From NCBI GenBank assembly GCA_021817985.1, contig JAKAFK010000009.1, positions 17,507 through 81,506 of the forward strand: a stretch of DNA of 64,000 bases, given 5' to 3'. This DNA is from Pseudomonadota bacterium. Its GTDB lineage: Bacteria; Pseudomonadota; Gammaproteobacteria; Burkholderiales; JAKAFK01. Positions within the stretch are counted from its first letter, which is position 1. Each line of letters starts with the position of its first letter. A model generated the notes under the pieces. It was not told the origin of the DNA, did no database searches, and was given only the letters and a program-made list of their open reading frames with translations. The translations under genes were made by a program, and so were the position numbers. Of the stretch, positions 47,268 through 56,539 are shown piece by piece.

Positions 47268-47520
47268 TTATGATGTTCGCCTGCCCCGAAGGGCCGGCTA
47301 GTCAGGGTACTCATGATCCCGGAGAACCATGAAGCGCACTCTTGGTGCCTGCAAGGCACTATTTTGGTGCCGATACCCGAAATTTCATTTTAGAGGTTCT
47401 CTTCTGGCGTTTCAATCTTTCGTTCGCCTTCCCCGTGCTGCGCGAAATTCCGGGCTGACCGCGCCATCCGGGGGTGCGCGCCCGGGGCCAGCCCGCCGCG
47501 TTCCCGGCGCACGTTCTCGG

Positions 47521-48375
47521 CTATTTGAAGCGGGCCAGATCGGGGTCCGTCATGGGCTGTTCCGGCAATCCGGTGATTTCGGGAATTTGCGACAGCCGCG
47601 GCATGCCGCCCAGCACCTTCACCTTGCCGCTCTTCCGGTCGCGCCATACCAGCGTCGGCGTGCCTTGGGAGCCGAATGCCGCCATCAACTGGCCGTTGGC
47701 CTGGATCGCGGCCACGCTGGCGGGTGCCGGCTTCGCAGCGGGCGTGAGCCCGCCTTCTTCGGCGCTCATGTTGAAGCGGGTTTCGTCCTGATCCAAGGCC
47801 GCTTCCCCGTTCTTGGCTTCCAGGATAGCGGCCGCGCGCCCCAGCGACGTGGGCTTGAGGAAGGCGACCGGCACCCAGCGGACCTGCAGGCCCACCTTCT
47901 CGTAAGGCTTGAGCGCCTGCCAGGTGTAATGGCAGAAAATGCAATTGGGGTCGAAGAAGACATAGACGATGGCCCGCGGATTATGCACTTGGCCCGCCAC
48001 GACGTAACGGCTGCGCGCAAGGCGCGCAAACAACGGCGCATAGTCCGGTTTGGGGATGTATTTTTCGGCATACGTCGCCGTCAGGTTGCGCCCGCTCGCG
48101 TCGACGAGCACGCCGTCGACAATCAGGGTCTTGCCGTCGCTCGTGGAAAAGACGAGCTGGTAATGCCCGGCATGCTCGGTGACCCAGCCCGTGAGGCCGG
48201 AGGCGGCCGGGAAGTGCGTCACCACCTTGACGCCCGCTTTTTGGGCGGCTTGCAGCTGCGGCGGAAGCGTTTCGCCCCAAGCCGTGAATGACGCGAGGAG
48301 ACAGGCGGCCGCCAGAAAAAGCCTGCCCAAAGGGTTCAGCCATCGCATAGATAAAGTTCCTTTCATTGACAACAC
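47521..48375 (-). CDS. dsbG: periplasmic thiol:disulfide interchange protein (DsbG/DsbC family)
   Basis: Signal peptide (the probable true start is MRWLNPLGRLFLAAACLL.. at about 48348). Thioredoxin motif FFDPNCIFCHYTW and a late GTPTLV cis-Pro loop. Lies 24 nt downstream of rfbD. Confidence 0.75.
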   Translation of the reverse strand: MLSMKGTLSMRWLNPLGRLFLAAACLLASFTAWGETLPPQLQAAQKAGVKVVTHFPAASGLTGWVTEHAGHYQLVFSTSDGKTLIVDGVLVDASGRNLTATYAEKYIPKPDYAPLFARLARSRYVVAGQVHNPRAIVYVFFDPNCIFCHYTWQALKPYEKVGLQVRWVPVAFLKPTSLGRAAAILEAKNGEAALDQDETRFNMSAEEGGLTPAAKPAPASVAAIQANGQLMAAFGSQGTPTLVWRDRKSGKVKVLGGMPRLSQIPEITGLPEQPMTDPDLARFK

Positions 48376-48399
48376 CAGCCGTTCACAGCACGTTCCGGG

Positions 48400-49308
48400 T
48401 CAGGCAAACCCCTGGCTCCGTTCAGCGAAACAGTCCTCCAGGGATTGCGCCCACCCGGGCAGCCGCACGCCGAACACCCGATCGAGCTTCTCCTGCGAGA
48501 GCACCGAATAGGCAGGCCGCGCCGCAGGCAAGGGATATTCGGAGGTCGGAATGGGCGTCACGCGCGGGCGGGGCGCGCCGGGCGAGGTTCCAGCGTGTTC
48601 CACGATCGATGCGGCGAAACCCGCCCACGAGGTCTGACCTCCGGCAGCGACATTGTACAGGCCGCCGACCTCCTCCATGTCCCGGCCGACTCCTCGCGAG
48701 CCGAAGCGGCATTGCGCGAGGACCGCCGCCGTGGCCTCGGCGATCATCCGGCTCCAGGTCGGCGCCCCGATCTGGTCATCGACGACCTTGAGTTCCGGGC
48801 GCTCGCGCGCGAGGCGCAGGATCGTGAGCAAAAAGTTGCGGCCCCGATTGCCATAGACCCAACTCGTCCTGAAAATCAAATGGCGCGCGCCCGACGCCTC
48901 GATGGCGCGATCTCCTTCGCGCTTCGTGTGCCCATAGACGCCGAGCGGGGTCGGCACGTCCTCCTCGACATATGGGCGCCTCGCCCGGCCATCGAAGACG
49001 TAGTCGGTGGAGAAGTGCACGAGCACCGCCTTCTGGCGCACGGCCGCCTCCGCCAGGATGGCAGGCGCTTGCGCGTTGATCGCGCGTGCCGTCTCGGGCT
49101 CCTGCTCGGCCCGATCGACCGCGGTAAAGGCGGCCGCATTGACGATGAGATCGTAACGGTCGGCGCACACGCACACGCGCAGGGCATCGGCGTCCGCCAG
49201 ATCGACGTGCTGCCGGCCCAGGGCGGTGAGCGAGCCGAGCGGGCTGAGTGTGCGCCGCAACTCGAAGCCCACTTGCCCGCCCGCCCCGAGCAGAAGAATC
49301 CGGCTCAC
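48400..49308 (-). CDS. rfbD: dTDP-4-dehydrorhamnose reductase
   Basis: The GTG start at 49308 overlaps the rfbC stop (GTGA). ILLLGAGGQVG, NAAAFTAVD, HFSTDYVFDG, YGHTKREGD and DQIGAPT are RmlD motifs. Confidence 0.9.
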   Translation of the reverse strand: MSRILLLGAGGQVGFELRRTLSPLGSLTALGRQHVDLADADALRVCVCADRYDLIVNAAAFTAVDRAEQEPETARAINAQAPAILAEAAVRQKAVLVHFSTDYVFDGRARRPYVEEDVPTPLGVYGHTKREGDRAIEASGARHLIFRTSWVYGNRGRNFLLTILRLARERPELKVVDDQIGAPTWSRMIAEATAAVLAQCRFGSRGVGRDMEEVGGLYNVAAGGQTSWAGFAASIVEHAGTSPGAPRPRVTPIPTSEYPLPAARPAYSVLSQEKLDRVFGVRLPGWAQSLEDCFAERSQGFA

Positions 49309-49847
49309 TCGAACACCTCCGCCTCGCGCAGCCATTTGCCGGCCTGATCCTTGGCCGACAGAACGGGCTCGCCCTCGAGCGGCCAGGCAATGGCAAGCTG
49401 CGGATCGTCGAAGCGGATCGAGCGCTCCTGTTCCGGCGCATAGAAATCGGTCGTCTTGTACAGGAATTCCGCATGCGGCGAGAGCACCAGGAAACCATGG
49501 GCGAAACCCTTCGGAATCCAGGCCATGCGCTTGTTCTCGGCCGACAGCCGGAACGCCGTATGCTGCCCGAAGGTGGGCGAACGGCGGCGAAGGTCGACGG
49601 CCACGTCAAAGACTTCCCCTGCCACGCAGCGCACGAGCTTGCCTTGCGGCAGCCCGACCTGGTAATGGAGCCCCCGCAGCACGCCCTTCGCCGAACGCGA
49701 GTGGTTGTCCTGCACGAAGGCATCCTCGATCCCATACTCCGCCATCACGCGCCGGTTGTAGCTCTCGAAAAAGAAACCTCGCGCATCGCCGAACACCTGC
49801 GGCTCGAAAACGAGGACATCCGGAAGATCAGTATGCACGAGCCGCAT
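49305..49847 (-). CDS. rfbC: dTDP-4-dehydrorhamnose 3,5-epimerase
   Basis: 180 aa. FGDARGFFFESY, QDNHSRS..GVLRGLHYQ, GKLVRCV.GEVFDVAVDLR and P.GFAHGF are RmlC motifs. Confidence 0.95.
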   Translation of the reverse strand: MRLVHTDLPDVLVFEPQVFGDARGFFFESYNRRVMAEYGIEDAFVQDNHSRSAKGVLRGLHYQVGLPQGKLVRCVAGEVFDVAVDLRRRSPTFGQHTAFRLSAENKRMAWIPKGFAHGFLVLSPHAEFLYKTTDFYAPEQERSIRFDDPQLAIAWPLEGEPVLSAKDQAGKWLREAEVFE

Positions 49848-49862
49848 AGCCCTCCCCCATGC

Positions 49863-50744
49863 TCAAAATATCCGCTCCGTCAGGAGTCCGCGCAGGTAAC
49901 GCCCATAGCTGTTCTGCTCGCCCAGCGCCGCCGCCAGGCGGGCAAGATCGTCGGCGGAGATATACCCCATGTGGAAGGCGATTTCTTCAGGACACGCCAC
50001 TTTAAGGCCTTGCCGCTTCTCCAGGGTTTCAATGAAGAGCGAGGCTTCCAGGAGCGATTCGTGGGTGCCGGTATCGAGCCATGCCATGCCGCGCCCCATG
50101 ACTTGAACATCGAGGGCGCCTGCGCGCAGATAGGTCAGATTGACGTCGGTGATCTCGAGTTCGCCGCGCCGCGAGGGCGCGAGCCCGGCGGCAATATCCA
50201 GCACCTTGTTGTCATAAAAATAGAGCCCTGTCACGGCATAGCGCGACTTGGGGCTGGCCGGCTTTTCCTCCAGGCTGACGGCCCGGCCCGAACCATCGAA
50301 CTCGACCACGCCATAGCGCTCCGGATCGTGGACGGGGTATGCGAACACCGTCGCCCCGGTCTCCTTCGCGCCGGCAGCGGCCAGATCATGGGACAGCTCG
50401 TGCCCATAGAAAATGTTGTCGCCGAGCACCAGGGCACAGGGCCGGGTCCCGACGAACTGACGGCCGATGATGAAAGCCTGCGCGAGCCCCTCGGGCTTGG
50501 GCTGGACGGCATAGGACAGGCTGACGCCCCAGCGGGAGCCATCGCCCAGCAACCGTTCGAAACGCGGGGTATCCTCCGGCGTTGAAATGATCAGGATGTC
50601 GCGGATGCCCGCCAGCAAAAGCGTCGACAGCGGATAATAGATCATCGGCTTGTCGTAGACCGGCAGGAGCTGCTTGGAAACCGCCTGCGTCACCGGATAC
50701 AGGCGCGTGCCTGCCCCTCCCGCGAGGATGATGCCCTTGCGCAT
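49863..50744 (-). CDS. rfbA: glucose-1-phosphate thymidylyltransferase
   Basis: 293 aa. [16 protein letters not shown]...[18 protein letters not shown] is the RmlA N-terminus. Confidence 0.95.
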   Translation of the reverse strand: MRKGIILAGGAGTRLYPVTQAVSKQLLPVYDKPMIYYPLSTLLLAGIRDILIISTPEDTPRFERLLGDGSRWGVSLSYAVQPKPEGLAQAFIIGRQFVGTRPCALVLGDNIFYGHELSHDLAAAGAKETGATVFAYPVHDPERYGVVEFDGSGRAVSLEEKPASPKSRYAVTGLYFYDNKVLDIAAGLAPSRRGELEITDVNLTYLRAGALDVQVMGRGMAWLDTGTHESLLEASLFIETLEKRQGLKVACPEEIAFHMGYISADDLARLAAALGEQNSYGRYLRGLLTERIF

Positions 50745-50766
50745 TGACTGTTGTCTCCCTTGGGCG

Positions 50767-52452
50767 CTATCTCAGGTAGCCGAGTTGCTCGAGTTTCAGC
50801 AAGATGCGCGCCACCGCCTCTTCGACCCCCAAGACGCTCGTGTCGAGCGCCAATTCCGGCGTCTCGGGCACTTCATAAGGATCGCTCACACCAGTGAACT
50901 CTTTGAGGAGCCCCTGCCGCGCCTTGGCATAGAGCCCTTTGCGGTCACGCGTCTCGCACACTTCGAGAGGCGTGCACACGTGGATCTCGACGAAGCCGCC
51001 GTGGGCTTCCACCATTTCACGGACGGCACGCCGCACGCTGGCATAGGGCGCAATCGGCGCGCAGATCGCGACCCCGCGGTTCTTGGTGATTTCGGCGGCG
51101 ACGAAGCCGATGCGGCGCACATTGAGGTTCCGGTGCTCCTTGGAGAAGCCCAGTTCGCTCGACAGATGTTTGCGCACCACGTCCCCATCGAGGAGAGTGA
51201 CGGAACGCCCCCCCAGCTGCAGGAGGCGCGTCGTCAGGACCCGCGCCAGCGTCGACTTCCCGGCCCCGGACAGTCCTGTGAAGAAAAGGGTGAATCCCTG
51301 CCGGTGGCGAGGCGGATGCGCCTGTTGCAGAAGCTCGACCACTTCCGGATAGGAAAACCAGTCCGGAATGTTCAACCCATCGGACAGCCGCCGGGACAGC
51401 TCCTCCTGCGACAGCGTCAAGGTGCGCGTGCCGCTCGGCACCTGGGCCGCCGGCATGTGCTGGGCACGGTCTTCGACGTAGACCATGGGTGGGAAGGCGA
51501 TGAGCTCAACCCCGAGCGCTGCCTGCGCGCGCCCGGCCCACTCGCGCGTCTGCGCAGCCTCGGAGGCCTCGTCGGGCATTTCCCCCACGATCAGCTGGCT
51601 GCAGCCGTAGTTGCGGCTCACGATGGCCCGCGCCCAGACTTCCCGCAGCCCTGCCCCGCGCGCATGCAACGGCGCGACGGCGAGCAGCGTCGTGGCGGCC
51701 GGATAGCGCGCCTCGACGGCCTGGAGCGTCCTGATCAGCGCGAAGTAGGCGGCGCGATCGCCCGAGGCGTCCTCCGAGGCCGCATGGATCAGCAAATGGG
51801 CATCGCGCGCCAGGGCCGCACTCAGGGTGAACTCGACATGGGCGCGATGCATGGGCCGATCCGGCTGGAAAGCGATCACGCGGCGCCATCCGGCACGCGC
51901 AAAGCGGGCCCGCATTTCCGAAGGCGACAGCCGAAGCGCGGTGTAATCGTGGTGTCCGTCCAGCGAGGTTCCCGTCACCCGGCCCCCGATATACCAGGAC
52001 CCTTGTTCCTCCAGAAAAGCCTGCGTGCGCGCGCGTCCTTTTTCGCCCGATCCGAATACGAGGCGCGCCTCGCGGGCCAAGTCCGGCTGCCACAGCTCTT
52101 CCACCTGAAGCACCGCCACCATCAGCCCCTCAGGATCGCGCAGCGCCAGGTGATCGCCGACGTGAAGCCGGCTCCCCAGGGCGGCGGAGACGTCCAGCAC
52201 CACCGGCAGCGGCCAGAATTGGCCGTCGGACAGGCACGCGTGGGCCAGAACCTCCTCATAATCGGCACGGCCCATGAAGCCCTGCAGGGGGGAGTAGCCG
52301 CCGTTGAGCAGGAGCTCAAGATCGCACAGCTGGCGCGCGTTCAGGTCAACGACGGGGAATCGGACCGCCTCGCGTTTCAAGGCATCCAGATGGGCGGCAT
52401 CGGCCATCCGATCGACGAGCGAGCCTCCGTAAGGAGCAATCAAGGGATCCAT
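50767..52452 (-). CDS. cysC: APS kinase with an N-terminal ATP-sulfurylase-like domain carrying degenerate catalytic motifs
   Basis: 561 aa. The C-terminal domain has an intact APS-kinase P-loop and motifs ([30 protein letters not shown]). The N-terminal 380 or so aa align to ATP sulfurylase, but QTRNP is QPDRP, GRDHAG is GEMPDE and the VGxTKxGD loop is [13 protein letters not shown] is retained. Confidence 0.85.
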   Translation of the reverse strand: MDPLIAPYGGSLVDRMADAAHLDALKREAVRFPVVDLNARQLCDLELLLNGGYSPLQGFMGRADYEEVLAHACLSDGQFWPLPVVLDVSAALGSRLHVGDHLALRDPEGLMVAVLQVEELWQPDLAREARLVFGSGEKGRARTQAFLEEQGSWYIGGRVTGTSLDGHHDYTALRLSPSEMRARFARAGWRRVIAFQPDRPMHRAHVEFTLSAALARDAHLLIHAASEDASGDRAAYFALIRTLQAVEARYPAATTLLAVAPLHARGAGLREVWARAIVSRNYGCSQLIVGEMPDEASEAAQTREWAGRAQAALGVELIAFPPMVYVEDRAQHMPAAQVPSGTRTLTLSQEELSRRLSDGLNIPDWFSYPEVVELLQQAHPPRHRQGFTLFFTGLSGAGKSTLARVLTTRLLQLGGRSVTLLDGDVVRKHLSSELGFSKEHRNLNVRRIGFVAAEITKNRGVAICAPIAPYASVRRAVREMVEAHGGFVEIHVCTPLEVCETRDRKGLYAKARQGLLKEFTGVSDPYEVPETPELALDTSVLGVEEAVARILLKLEQLGYLR

Positions 52453-52482
52453 GAACAGGGTTCCTGAAGGAGGAGAAGTCGC

Positions 52483-53541
52483 TCACGTCCCATAATGCGC
52501 CGCCACCCATTTCACATATTCGCCGCTGGTCACGCTTTCGACCCAGGCCGGATGGTCGAGATACCACGCCACGGTCTTGCGGATGCCGCTTTCAAAACTC
52601 TCAGCGGGCCGGAAGCCCAGTTCTCGTTCGATCTTTCCGGCATCGATGGCATAACGCCGGTCATGCCCGGCCCGGTCTTCCACGAATTGGATGAGCGACG
52701 CGTAGGAACGGCCAGCGGGAAGAGGGCGCGCCTCGTCGAGCAGGGCACACACGGTCTTGACGACTTCGAGGTTGGTCATTTCGTTGCCGCCGCCGATGTT
52801 GTACGTTTCCCCGACGCGCCCGTGCGCAAGCACCCGCCGGATTGCGCTGCAGTGGTCATCGACGTAAAGCCAGTCGCGCACGTTCAGGCCGTCGCCATAG
52901 ACCGGCAACGCCTGGCCGCGCAGCGCGTTGAGGATCATCAGCGGGATGAGCTTTTCCGGGAACTGGAATGGGCCGTAATTGTTGGAGCAGTTGGTCGTCA
53001 GCACGGGAAGCCCATAGGTGTGATGGTAGGCCCGCACCAAGTGGTCGGAAGCCGCCTTGGAGGCCGAATAAGGGCTGTTCGGCGCATAGGCGGTCGCCTC
53101 CGTGAAAGCAGGATCGTGCGCTCCAAGCGAGCCGTAAACCTCGTCGGTGGAAACATGGAGAAAGCGGAAGCCGGCGTGCGCCGGGCCGCTCAGGCCCGCA
53201 TGGTAGGCGCGCGCCTCCTCCAGCAGATGAAAAGTCCCCACGACATTGGTCTGGATGAAATCTTCCGGGCCACGGATGGAGCGGTCGACATGGCTTTCCG
53301 CGGCAAAGTTTACGATGGCCCGGGGCTGATGCGCCTCCAGCAGGTGGGCAACCAAGGCACGGTCGCCGATATCGCCACGCACGAAGCAGTGCCGCGGATC
53401 CCCCTCGAGGCTCGCCAGATTGCGCAGGTTTCCGGCGTAAGTAAGCTTGTCCAGGTTGACGACGGGGGTCCCTTCCGTGGCCAGCCATTGCAGGACGAAA
53501 TTGGACCCAATGAAGCCCGCGCCGCCCGTCACCAGTATCAC
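52483..53541 (-). CDS. rfbB: dTDP-glucose 4,6-dehydratase
   Basis: Uses frame 52483..53763. Start placed at GTG 53541 ([17 protein letters not shown]...), preceded by a G-rich SD. Contains STDEVYG and [12 protein letters not shown] (YxxxK). Confidence 0.9.
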   Translation of the reverse strand: MILVTGGAGFIGSNFVLQWLATEGTPVVNLDKLTYAGNLRNLASLEGDPRHCFVRGDIGDRALVAHLLEAHQPRAIVNFAAESHVDRSIRGPEDFIQTNVVGTFHLLEEARAYHAGLSGPAHAGFRFLHVSTDEVYGSLGAHDPAFTEATAYAPNSPYSASKAASDHLVRAYHHTYGLPVLTTNCSNNYGPFQFPEKLIPLMILNALRGQALPVYGDGLNVRDWLYVDDHCSAIRRVLAHGRVGETYNIGGGNEMTNLEVVKTVCALLDEARPLPAGRSYASLIQFVEDRAGHDRRYAIDAGKIERELGFRPAESFESGIRKTVAWYLDHPAWVESVTSGEYVKWVAAHYGT

Positions 53542-53544
53542 CGA

Positions 53545-53552
53545 CCCCCCCC
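53545..53552. repeat. C8/G8 homopolymer in the rfbB ribosome-binding region
   Basis: Eight consecutive C on the plus strand (G8 on the rfbB mRNA), ending 3 nt upstream of the proposed GTG start. Confidence 0.9.
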
Positions 53553-53993
53553 TCCAGCGCCACCACCTGATTTGTTGATAAGACACAAATATTGCGGCCT
53601 GTCGCCTCGCGCCCCGAGCAGGCCAGATCTGCCCCTTTGCGGGTACAGTGGCCGCAAAGGCAGCGCCCACCTCATCAGCCGCATGATGCGGGCCCCGGCC
53701 GTCGACGGGCCGGTGGCGGGCGCGACGCCCTGCATGATAAAGCGCGGCGGCTGGGAGAGGCAAGCCGGGCGCAGCCGCGCTTCCCAGGCACGGTCCATGC
53801 TGCGCTGCCGTCAGGCATTCATCCGGCGGATCGTGCCTGCCCTATTATAGGCGGGAATCACGGCGGCATAGTGCTCGCCAGATGGCCTTTTGCCGTACCG
53901 CATCGCATCTGCCGGAAACCCGGTGACGGCCGCCGTCCCACTTGGCATCGCGATCGGCGCCCCGCTCCGCGCCGCCACGGCCGGCGGCCTTGC

Positions 53994-54794
53994 CTAAGCG
54001 CACGGGCTCAACTCGACATGCAATCGGCGATCCTCCGCATAGGCCAGATCGACGTTCGAAGGCTTCTGCCCGGCCATGGCGCTCAAAAGCGGCAGCGCCC
54101 GCGCGGCGGCGACGCCCGCGCGCAACCCTTCGAGTTCGGGCACCGTCATCGGCGTGGCCACGGGCGGACCCTCGCGCACCGAGGCCTCGAGCCACCAACG
54201 GCTCATGCGCGTTTGCGCCGGACGCAGCACCAAGGCGACTCCGAAAGCCGCGAGCGTCGGGCAGGCGCAGGCGAGCGGGGGCGGACCCGGCACGTCATAG
54301 GCCGCCAGCATTATGGACAGCCCCTCCGCCCGCACCTGCATGACCCCCTCCAGCAACGCGGCGGCGAACGTGTCGTCCTGTGCCGCCACGCTGGTGGAGG
54401 CCAAGGCCGCTTTCACGGCAATGCTCCAGTAACCGGCGGACGCATTATGGACGGAGTTGTGGAATCGCGTGGGGGAAACCTCGCGCTCGGGCTGCGCCAA
54501 GGCCTCACAAATCTGGTGCACCGTGTGCAGGTCGCCGTTGGCCGAACCGAACACGACGCCCAACTCCTCTGGATCGGCTTGCGCGTGGGCAGCCGCCTGG
54601 GCGGCCAAGTCGACCGCGAACTTGATAGGGAGACTCGCGCGGCGCCGCTCTCCTGCGGGAAGCTGAGGGGCGGCAGGCATCACCGCCGGAGCGGCTGTAT
54701 AGGGCGCGCAGCCGGAGAGAACCCGGCATGCGTGTTCCCAATCCGGCAGTCCCGGACCGTTCACAGCCACGCCATCGACGAACACGCGCATCAC
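53994..54794 (-). CDS. beta-ketoacyl synthase chain-length-factor-like partner (no active-site Cys)
   Basis: 266 aa. RFHNSVHNASAGYWSIA is the hallmark I associate with the KS-partner/CLF family of aryl-polyene clusters. The position of the KS Cys is ...ALASTSVAAQD. Its start (GTG 54794 or ATG 54791) overlaps the KS stop. Confidence 0.8.
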   Translation of the reverse strand: MMRVFVDGVAVNGPGLPDWEHACRVLSGCAPYTAAPAVMPAAPQLPAGERRRASLPIKFAVDLAAQAAAHAQADPEELGVVFGSANGDLHTVHQICEALAQPEREVSPTRFHNSVHNASAGYWSIAVKAALASTSVAAQDDTFAAALLEGVMQVRAEGLSIMLAAYDVPGPPPLACACPTLAAFGVALVLRPAQTRMSRWWLEASVREGPPVATPMTVPELEGLRAGVAAARALPLLSAMAGQKPSNVDLAYAEDRRLHVELSPCA

Positions 54795-55984
54795 GAAGCC
54801 CTGCCCAGCACAAGAGCGCAGTTGTTCCCGCCGAAACCGAAGGAGTTGCTGACGACACGCGAAACCGGCACAAAACGCGACTCGAGCAGCACCTGTCCCC
54901 GAATGTCCGGGTCCAGTTCCTCGGTATTCAGGCTTTGCGGGAGAAAGCCGTCAACGACGCACAGGCAGCCGATGATCGCTTCGGTAATGCCTGCCGCCCC
55001 CAGGGTGTGCCCGGTCCATCCCTTGGTGGAACTGCAGGGCGTCGCATTGCCGAAGACTCGTGTCATGGCGCAATCTTCCGCGCTGTCGTTGGCCGGGGTC
55101 GCGGTGCCGTGCAGGTTGACGTAATCGATATCCCCGGGCGCAGCGCCTGCGCGCTCGAGCGCAGCCCGTATGGCGGCTTCGGCGCCCCGCCCTTCCGGCT
55201 GGGGCGAGGACATGTGGTACGCATCGGAGCTCTCGCCATAGCCCAGCAAGGCCACCGGCGCCTGCCCGCCGCCCACAGGGAGGCGTTCCAGGAGCGCGAA
55301 GCCCGCGCCTTCCCCGACTGAAATCCCGTCGCGCGTGGCGTCCGCGGGTCGGCAAGGCCGCCGGGACACGAGTTCCAGGGAGGCGAATCCATGCAAGGTC
55401 GTGCCGCACAGGCTGTCGACACCGCCCACTACGGCGCAGTCGCAGATCCCCGCCGCCATCATCCGGTAAGCGCTGGCAAAGGCCTTGGCGCTCGACGAGC
55501 ACGCCGTGGAGATGGCAAGCGCGGGCCCTTGCAGCCCCAGATAGGCGCGCACGAACGCGGCGCTCGAATAGGTATCATGCGTGTATCGGTAGCGAAAGCT
55601 CGAGGGCAGTTGTCCCGAATCGACGTCGCGTATCCGATAGGCGAGTTCCGTTTCGAGGATGCCCGAAGTGCTCGTGCCGACGACCACGGCGATCCGATCG
55701 GCCCCATAGCGGGCTCGGGCGTCGCGCACCGCGAGCTCGAAACCGTCCTGGCTGAGGGCCCACTGCGCCAGCCGGTTGTTGCGGCAGTCGAACGCGACGA
55801 GAGGCTGGGCGATCTCAACCGCTTCAAGAGCGTCGACGCGCCCGATGAAGGTGTCGAGCGCGATGTCCATGAAGTCGCACGGACGCAGTCCGGACGTCCC
55901 TTGGTGCAACGCCTGCCGGGTCGCCGCAATGCCGGGACCGAGACAGTTCGTCAACGTATAGTGGGTCAGTACCAGCGGTTCCAT
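54791..55984 (-). CDS. beta-ketoacyl-ACP synthase (FabB/FabF-like KS)
   Basis: Cys-His-His triad motifs AISTACSSSAKAF, YVNLHGTATPAND and STKGWTGHTLGAAG. The track start is 56062. ATG 55984 (MEPLVLTHYTLTN...) fits the usual KS N-terminus better. Confidence 0.9.
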   Translation of the reverse strand: MEPLVLTHYTLTNCLGPGIAATRQALHQGTSGLRPCDFMDIALDTFIGRVDALEAVEIAQPLVAFDCRNNRLAQWALSQDGFELAVRDARARYGADRIAVVVGTSTSGILETELAYRIRDVDSGQLPSSFRYRYTHDTYSSAAFVRAYLGLQGPALAISTACSSSAKAFASAYRMMAAGICDCAVVGGVDSLCGTTLHGFASLELVSRRPCRPADATRDGISVGEGAGFALLERLPVGGGQAPVALLGYGESSDAYHMSSPQPEGRGAEAAIRAALERAGAAPGDIDYVNLHGTATPANDSAEDCAMTRVFGNATPCSSTKGWTGHTLGAAGITEAIIGCLCVVDGFLPQSLNTEELDPDIRGQVLLESRFVPVSRVVSNSFGFGGNNCALVLGRAS

Positions 55985-56178
55985 GATGGCATGAAAAGAC
56001 CGTGGAAAAGCGACACTCGGCTGGACAGTCGTTGCCGCGCAAGCCTCATCGACGTGAGGCACAAGAACGCACCGCCCCCGTTAGACACCGGCCCGACGGC
56101 CCGCGACGCAGGCACGGTCGCAATGCCCATGAGTCAAGCATCGCCACGGGGCAGCGCCGTCTTGCGTCGGTATGCCCT

Positions 56179-56445
56179 TCATTTCGTGCGACGGGCGCCA
56201 ACCGCCTCGGTCAGTGCCCGCAGGGAGGAAAAAATCCGGACGTTGTCCTTATCGTCCGAGCGCAGCTGAAAACCGTATTTCTTCGAGATTGCGAGCGACA
56301 GCTCGAGCATGTCGATAGAGTCAAGTCCCAGACCCTCGCCGTACAGCGGTGCGTCGGCCTCGATCGCCGATGGGTCAACGTCGAGATTCAGCGCCTCTAC
56401 GATGATCTGGGCGACTTCCAATTCCAATGACACAACCTGGGACAT
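56179..56445 (-). CDS. acyl carrier protein
   Basis: An internal ATG at 56445 of track frame 56179..56769 gives 88 aa. MSQVVSLELEVAQIIVEALNLD...LGLDSIDMLELSLAISKKYG carries the DSID phosphopantetheine attachment motif. Confidence 0.85.
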   Translation of the reverse strand: MSQVVSLELEVAQIIVEALNLDVDPSAIEADAPLYGEGLGLDSIDMLELSLAISKKYGFQLRSDDKDNVRIFSSLRALTEAVGARRTK

Positions 56446-56539
56446 AATCACATTCTCCGAACATGTCTGGCGCGAATCCCCCCAGGGATCCCGTCGCCGT
56501 TGATCCGCCCATCGGCCAAACCGGTGCCGCACGGAAAGC

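Noticed and set aside
47341-47380. Sigma54-like GG/GC element and a GTGCCT-N3-AGGCAC palindrome upstream of the CBS-domain gene
   Set aside because: On the minus strand the GG-to-GC spacing is 14 rather than the required 12, and there is no TGGCAC core. The 6-bp-arm palindrome alone is too short to interpret.
50674-52467. Plus-strand 597-aa ORF, plus 52495..53850 (451 aa) and 53592..55124 (510 aa)
   Set aside because: They are antisense to the APS kinase, rfbB and the CLF/KS genes respectively. No motifs, and an Arg/Gly/His-rich composition.
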